Below, piece by piece: positions 16,874 through 20,458 of a DNA stretch of 20,458 bases. Positions within the stretch are counted from its first letter, which is position 1. Each line of letters begins with the position of its first letter. The notes below the pieces were generated by a model, which was given only the letters and a program-made list of their open reading frames with translations, made no database searches and had not been told where the DNA came from. Made by a program: the position numbers and the translations under genes. Source of the stretch: Nitrospinota bacterium (GTDB lineage Bacteria > UBA8248); the NCBI GenBank assembly GCA_046581755.1, contig JAYGFR010000280.1, forward strand, positions 1-20,458. Reading direction: 5' to 3'.

Positions 16874-16902
16874 ATTCTACTTTGCCATCGGAACCCTGTC
16901 AA
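16874..16902 (-). promoter_or_regulatory. Sigma70-type promoter of tusA-dsrE2
   Basis: Minus strand TTGACA (16902-16897), 17-bp spacer, TAGAAT (16879-16874). Confidence 0.8.
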
Positions 16903-17059
16903 TATATTTATCGCCTCCTCTCTTTTTATTCATTGCAACCCTCCCGCAAGGAGTAATTCCATCGGCCTCATACGTGAAAAAATTCTAATTAATCAACATA
17001 TTATCAAATAGTTACGCAGAAAAGTCCTGTTCCGCAACGGGGACCAAAGAAATATTTCA

Positions 17060-17096
17060 ATACCCCCCCATAGTATATTGATACTCTATATGGTAT
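17060..17096. promoter_or_regulatory. Tandem CsoR/CstR-type operators
   Basis: ATAC-CCCCCCATA-GTAT (17060-17076, with C-tract) and ATAC-TCTATATG-GTAT (17081-17096). Confidence 0.7.
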
Positions 17097-17301
17097 AAAT
17101 AGGACATTATGAATATGGGAAAATCGGTTTTTAACAGAAAAATACATAGTACTTCTATTGAGAATGCCGTTTATCGTCATGGCAGCAGCAGCATGGGGCG
17201 AACTGAAAATTTGAAATCGGTTGAAATTTGATGAAAAAAAATCACAATAAACAACGGTCCCGGATAGATTGCTCTCCTCTTCGCCATTTAAAGGATTGAA
17301 A

Positions 17302-17589
17302 ATGCAGATATCCGAAATTGGGTTCCCGAAGGAATTCGTCAAAAACATCACCACCCGCCTCAAGAAGGTCGAGGGACAAACCCGTGGCCTGCGCGAGATG
17401 ATCCTGGAGGACCGGGACTGCGAAGAAATCATGCAGCAACTCTCAGCCGCATCGCGGGCCCTCGATCGTGTCTCGGCGCTCCTTTTAACGACCGGCATGG
17501 AAGTCTGCATTCGGCGCCAACTCTCTGGTGAAATAGAAAACGGCGATGTCATGGCGCGTATCCAAAAAATGTTTATGCGCTATCGTTAA
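17302..17589 (+). CDS. CsoR/RcnR-family repressor, CstR-like (probable persulfide sensor)
   Basis: RLKKVEGQ.RGL..MI.EDRDC.EI.QQLSA...AL; second Cys in GMEVC, with Gly in place of the Cu-binding His of CsoR. AAGGA precedes ATG 17302. Confidence 0.9.
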   Translation: MQISEIGFPKEFVKNITTRLKKVEGQTRGLREMILEDRDCEEIMQQLSAASRALDRVSALLLTTGMEVCIRRQLSGEIENGDVMARIQKMFMRYR

Positions 17590-17608
17590 GCCTAATCCCG
17601 AACGCGGT

Positions 17609-19234
17609 TCAAGCCTTTACCTCTTCCACGTTGTCCGTCAACCCCACCCGGATGGGGGAGTTTTCCTTGATGAACCCGATCAGCTCTTCGGCCGCGACCC
17701 GCCCCGTGTCACCCATCCTGAAGGGAATCCTCTGAATCCGGCCGCCCGAGGTGGCGATCGAATAATACCTGCCGGGGACCAGGGGCTTTCCATCCTTCTC
17801 CACGGCGATGACCCGCCTTCCCTTGGGTCCCTTCCGCCGGAAGCGGACCCGCATCCCGGAGAAGCGAAACAGGTCTCCGCCCAGCCGAAGCAGCGGGTCC
17901 GGATTGAGAACGTTGTCCAGAATATCCTCGAATAATGAAACGATGCGTTTTCCCCGGAGCTTGGGAACGAAAAGATTGCTCGGCGTTCCCTTCATGGCGT
18001 CATAAACATCCTCACGGCGAATCTCTCCTGGAAGAATCGAGGATCCAAACCGCCATCCCGGACAATGGCCCATATCGGCATCCGCAATCTTCCGGTAGGC
18101 ATCGGAAATAAATTGATCCGTCGTGCTCTTCCAGGTGTCGTGCCGATAAAGTAGCGTCTCGGTGGAGCCCACAACCTCGTTCAGTGATTTTTCATACGGC
18201 GCATAATGTTTCGCCACGATGGCCGACACCGCCGGGTCGGCCTCAATTCTCTCAGCCAGCACAGGAAGCACGCGGTAGTCTGCTCGCTCCAGCCCCTTTT
18301 GGCCGACCGTCATAGTGAGGTCCCCGACAAACTTGTTGTGCGATCCGGCGTGAACGATCACTGTCCGGCCCACTCGAAGCGGGCGCACCATATTATCGTG
18401 CGAATGCCCGCCGATGATGACGTCGAATTCGGGGTTGTTTTTCGCAAAAGCAATATCTTGCGGAAGCCCCATGTGGGAGAGGAGGATAACCAGGTCCACC
18501 TTCATCTTTTTCCGCATGAAGCGGACGTGCTTCCGGAGGGCCCTGAAGCGGTAGCCCATCCGCCAGCCCCGGGTGAACGCCGGGTCCTCGGTGGTGAGCG
18601 TACTGAACGGGTAGGCCTGGCCCAATATCCCCACGCGCACCCCGCCCACATTTTTCACCGTAAAGGGTTTGAGAACGACATCCTCGAAATCATTGTCCAC
18701 CAGGTTCTGGGCGAGAACGGGAAACTTCGCTTCCTTGATGCGCTTCATCAAGGTCTCTCGCCCCAAGTTGAACTCCCAGTGCAGGGTCATCGCGTCATAC
18801 CCGATGGCATTCATCGCCTCGAGCGGGGCGCGCCCATCAGTAAACATGGCGATGGCAGAGCCATACCAGGCGTCCCCAGCTTCGAGCACCAAGGTGCGCT
18901 CGGGCGCCCGGGCGCGTTCTTTCCGAATGAGCGCCGCCACATGAGCAATCCCCCCGGCTTTCCCGAATTTTTTCGCCTGCCTTACGAACTCCGTATGGGA
19001 GGTGAGGTAGGCCATCTCACTCCCCGGTTCGATTCCGGACTTTCGGAGAAAATCGGTACCCTCGGGTTCCCGGTGGTAGAGAGGCTTCATGTGCCCATGG
19101 CTGTCGCCGGTGAAAAGCACCCTGACGGTCCGCCTCTCGGAGGCGCCCGCCCAGGGAGGGCATCCCCCGAGATAGGCACCGGCGCTCGAGGCGGCCGCGG
19201 CCAAGAATTTCCGGCGGGAAAAATACGAACTCAC
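17609..19234 (-). CDS. SoxB-like thiosulfohydrolase (5'-nucleotidase/metallophosphoesterase family), Tat-exported
   Basis: SRRKFL Tat motif; DSH..M.PLYHREP, the SoxB-type GI.PGS..AY....F...A..FGK.GG segment, GD.W.GS, HWEF, GQAYP, LLSH.G, GGHSHD, and D..DN..NPDP....GGD. Confidence 0.85.
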   Translation of the reverse strand: MSSYFSRRKFLAAAASSAGAYLGGCPPWAGASERRTVRVLFTGDSHGHMKPLYHREPEGTDFLRKSGIEPGSEMAYLTSHTEFVRQAKKFGKAGGIAHVAALIRKERARAPERTLVLEAGDAWYGSAIAMFTDGRAPLEAMNAIGYDAMTLHWEFNLGRETLMKRIKEAKFPVLAQNLVDNDFEDVVLKPFTVKNVGGVRVGILGQAYPFSTLTTEDPAFTRGWRMGYRFRALRKHVRFMRKKMKVDLVILLSHMGLPQDIAFAKNNPEFDVIIGGHSHDNMVRPLRVGRTVIVHAGSHNKFVGDLTMTVGQKGLERADYRVLPVLAERIEADPAVSAIVAKHYAPYEKSLNEVVGSTETLLYRHDTWKSTTDQFISDAYRKIADADMGHCPGWRFGSSILPGEIRREDVYDAMKGTPSNLFVPKLRGKRIVSLFEDILDNVLNPDPLLRLGGDLFRFSGMRVRFRRKGPKGRRVIAVEKDGKPLVPGRYYSIATSGGRIQRIPFRMGDTGRVAAEELIGFIKENSPIRVGLTDNVEEVKA

Positions 19235-19236
19235 AC

Positions 19237-20458
19237 CTACCTCCTGACATCCCGGGGAAGAGACTTTGCCGGCAACATCAAGAGATCGCGAAGCATGGCA
19301 ATCGCCCGGCCCCGATCTCCCCCGGCAATCTCCCGTGGCAACTCATCTTCTTCGGGGAAATATTGGGGCATATCTGTCCCCGGTTGAACTCGCTGGGGAG
19401 AGGCCAGCAACGCCGCCACCCAAACGGGCCGGAGCCGCTCGTTGACCTTGGATAAATCCGGACCCCACCGGTTGGGATCCCCCTCGGGCCTGGAGCTTCC
19501 CCAAGAGTGACACGAAACGCACCCCAGCATCTTTTTTCCCATCAATCGGCGCGCTTCCCGCAACCGTTTCGGAGAATTGTCCAAGGGCCGCGCATCCCCC
19601 ACCGGAGAAGAAAGGGGCGGACCTTTCAGGGTGCCCAGAAACGTTGCCACCGCTCCGGCTTCGGCGGAGGTCAGGCGAAAATTGGGCATCCTCCCTGCGA
19701 GACGAGGGCGTATGCGGTAGGGAGCCTTCAAGAACGAAAGGAGCCATCTCTTCTGAACACGGACTCCCTCACTCCGTAAATCGGGGCCAGTTTTCTTTTT
19801 CCCTTTCGAAGAGAATCCATCTACTCGATGACATCCCCAGCATCCCAAATTCGAGAAAAGTTTTTTTCCTTTTTGAACTTTCACGCGGTCCAGCGCGCCT
19901 CTCACTGGCGAGCCGCCACTTTTTGTAAAGCCCGCGATATATGCGGCAAGATTCCTTGCGTCACTGGTCTTGAGAGCGAAATTGGGCATCATCGTCTTCT
20001 CATCGATGGCCTGCGGGTTCAGGAGCCACCGCACTGTCCAATCCGGCTTCAAGCGGGCAGAGGCGATAGAAATACCGGGCCCCAAGCGCCCCCCGCGCTG
20101 GCCAATGCGGTGGCAGCCGCCGCATCCGCTCTTTTGAAAAAGATCGGCCCCCTTTTGGGGGTCCCCGGCAGTTAATAGGCGTCTTTTCGGCACAGGGCGG
20201 TTTCCCTTCAAACTCATGAGGTATTCGACCAGCGCCTCGGCTTCAATTCGCCCAAGACGAAAATCCGGCATTCGAGATGCCGTCAGCGGAATGTAGCCAG
20301 CAGGCCGAATTTTTTTCGGCGATAGCAAAAATTCGACAAGCCACCGCCTCCGCAGCTTCGAGCCGGTATTGCTCAAATTCGGGCCGACCCGCTGCTGAGG
20401 CAGTCCAGGAATTTTGTGGCATCCCGTACATCCCAACTCTCCAACGAGCCTTTTTCCT
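19237..20458 (-). CDS. Multiheme cytochrome c made of repeated mono-heme domains (at least 4 CxxCH), 5'-partial
   Basis: CTGCH, CGGCH, CWGCH and CVSCH, each followed by GP...L...W...L..P...MP. The frame is open to the window edge (GKRLVGELGCTGCH), so 20436 is not the true start. Confidence 0.92.
   Translation of the reverse strand, partial: GKRLVGELGCTGCHKIPGLPQQRVGPNLSNTGSKLRRRWLVEFLLSPKKIRPAGYIPLTASRMPDFRLGRIEAEALVEYLMSLKGNRPVPKRRLLTAGDPQKGADLFQKSGCGGCHRIGQRGGRLGPGISIASARLKPDWTVRWLLNPQAIDEKTMMPNFALKTSDARNLAAYIAGFTKSGGSPVRGALDRVKVQKGKKLFSNLGCWGCHRVDGFSSKGKKKTGPDLRSEGVRVQKRWLLSFLKAPYRIRPRLAGRMPNFRLTSAEAGAVATFLGTLKGPPLSSPVGDARPLDNSPKRLREARRLMGKKMLGCVSCHSWGSSRPEGDPNRWGPDLSKVNERLRPVWVAALLASPQRVQPGTDMPQYFPEEDELPREIAGGDRGRAIAMLRDLLMLPAKSLPRDVRR

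Noticed and set aside
17004..17552. 182-aa minus-strand ORF
   Set aside because: Overlaps the CsoR-family gene antisense and runs through its operator region.
18206..19387. 393-aa + strand ORF
   Set aside because: Antisense to the SoxB-like gene, with no recognisable motifs.
1..20458. CRISPR array, tRNA, rRNA or known riboswitch
   Set aside because: No regularly spaced repeats or recognisable RNA-gene signatures seen by eye; a covariance-model scan was not possible.

Overview
Bacterial window in two parts, with many signs of decay. The left end (1-1400) holds remnants: a broken IS3, a collapsed CocE/NonD-like hydrolase, the 3' end of a flavin oxidoreductase, a 62-bp TG..CA inverted-repeat element and an integrase stub. 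Positions 1.7-10.8 kb hold an intact catabolic block. VOC and creatininase-family genes on + converge on a minus-strand operon encoding a Tat-exported solute-binding protein, two permeases, a MalK-type ATPase, 3-hydroxyacyl-CoA dehydrogenase, acyl-CoA dehydrogenase and a Zn-MDR; several of these have non-canonical catalytic residues. Positions 11.4-20.4 kb form a sulfur/redox island: a STAS-like protein, a CtaG/Cox11-cytochrome c fusion plus SCO, a frameshifted orphan ModA-like binding protein, two DsrE-family genes fused head-on by a deletion, tusA-dsrE2 divergent from a CstR-type regulator with visible operators, and a divergent Tat-exported SoxB-like hydrolase coupled to a cytochrome c with at least 4 repeated heme domains. 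No soxAX/YZ/CD is present in the window. All family calls come from motif recognition by eye, not database searches.
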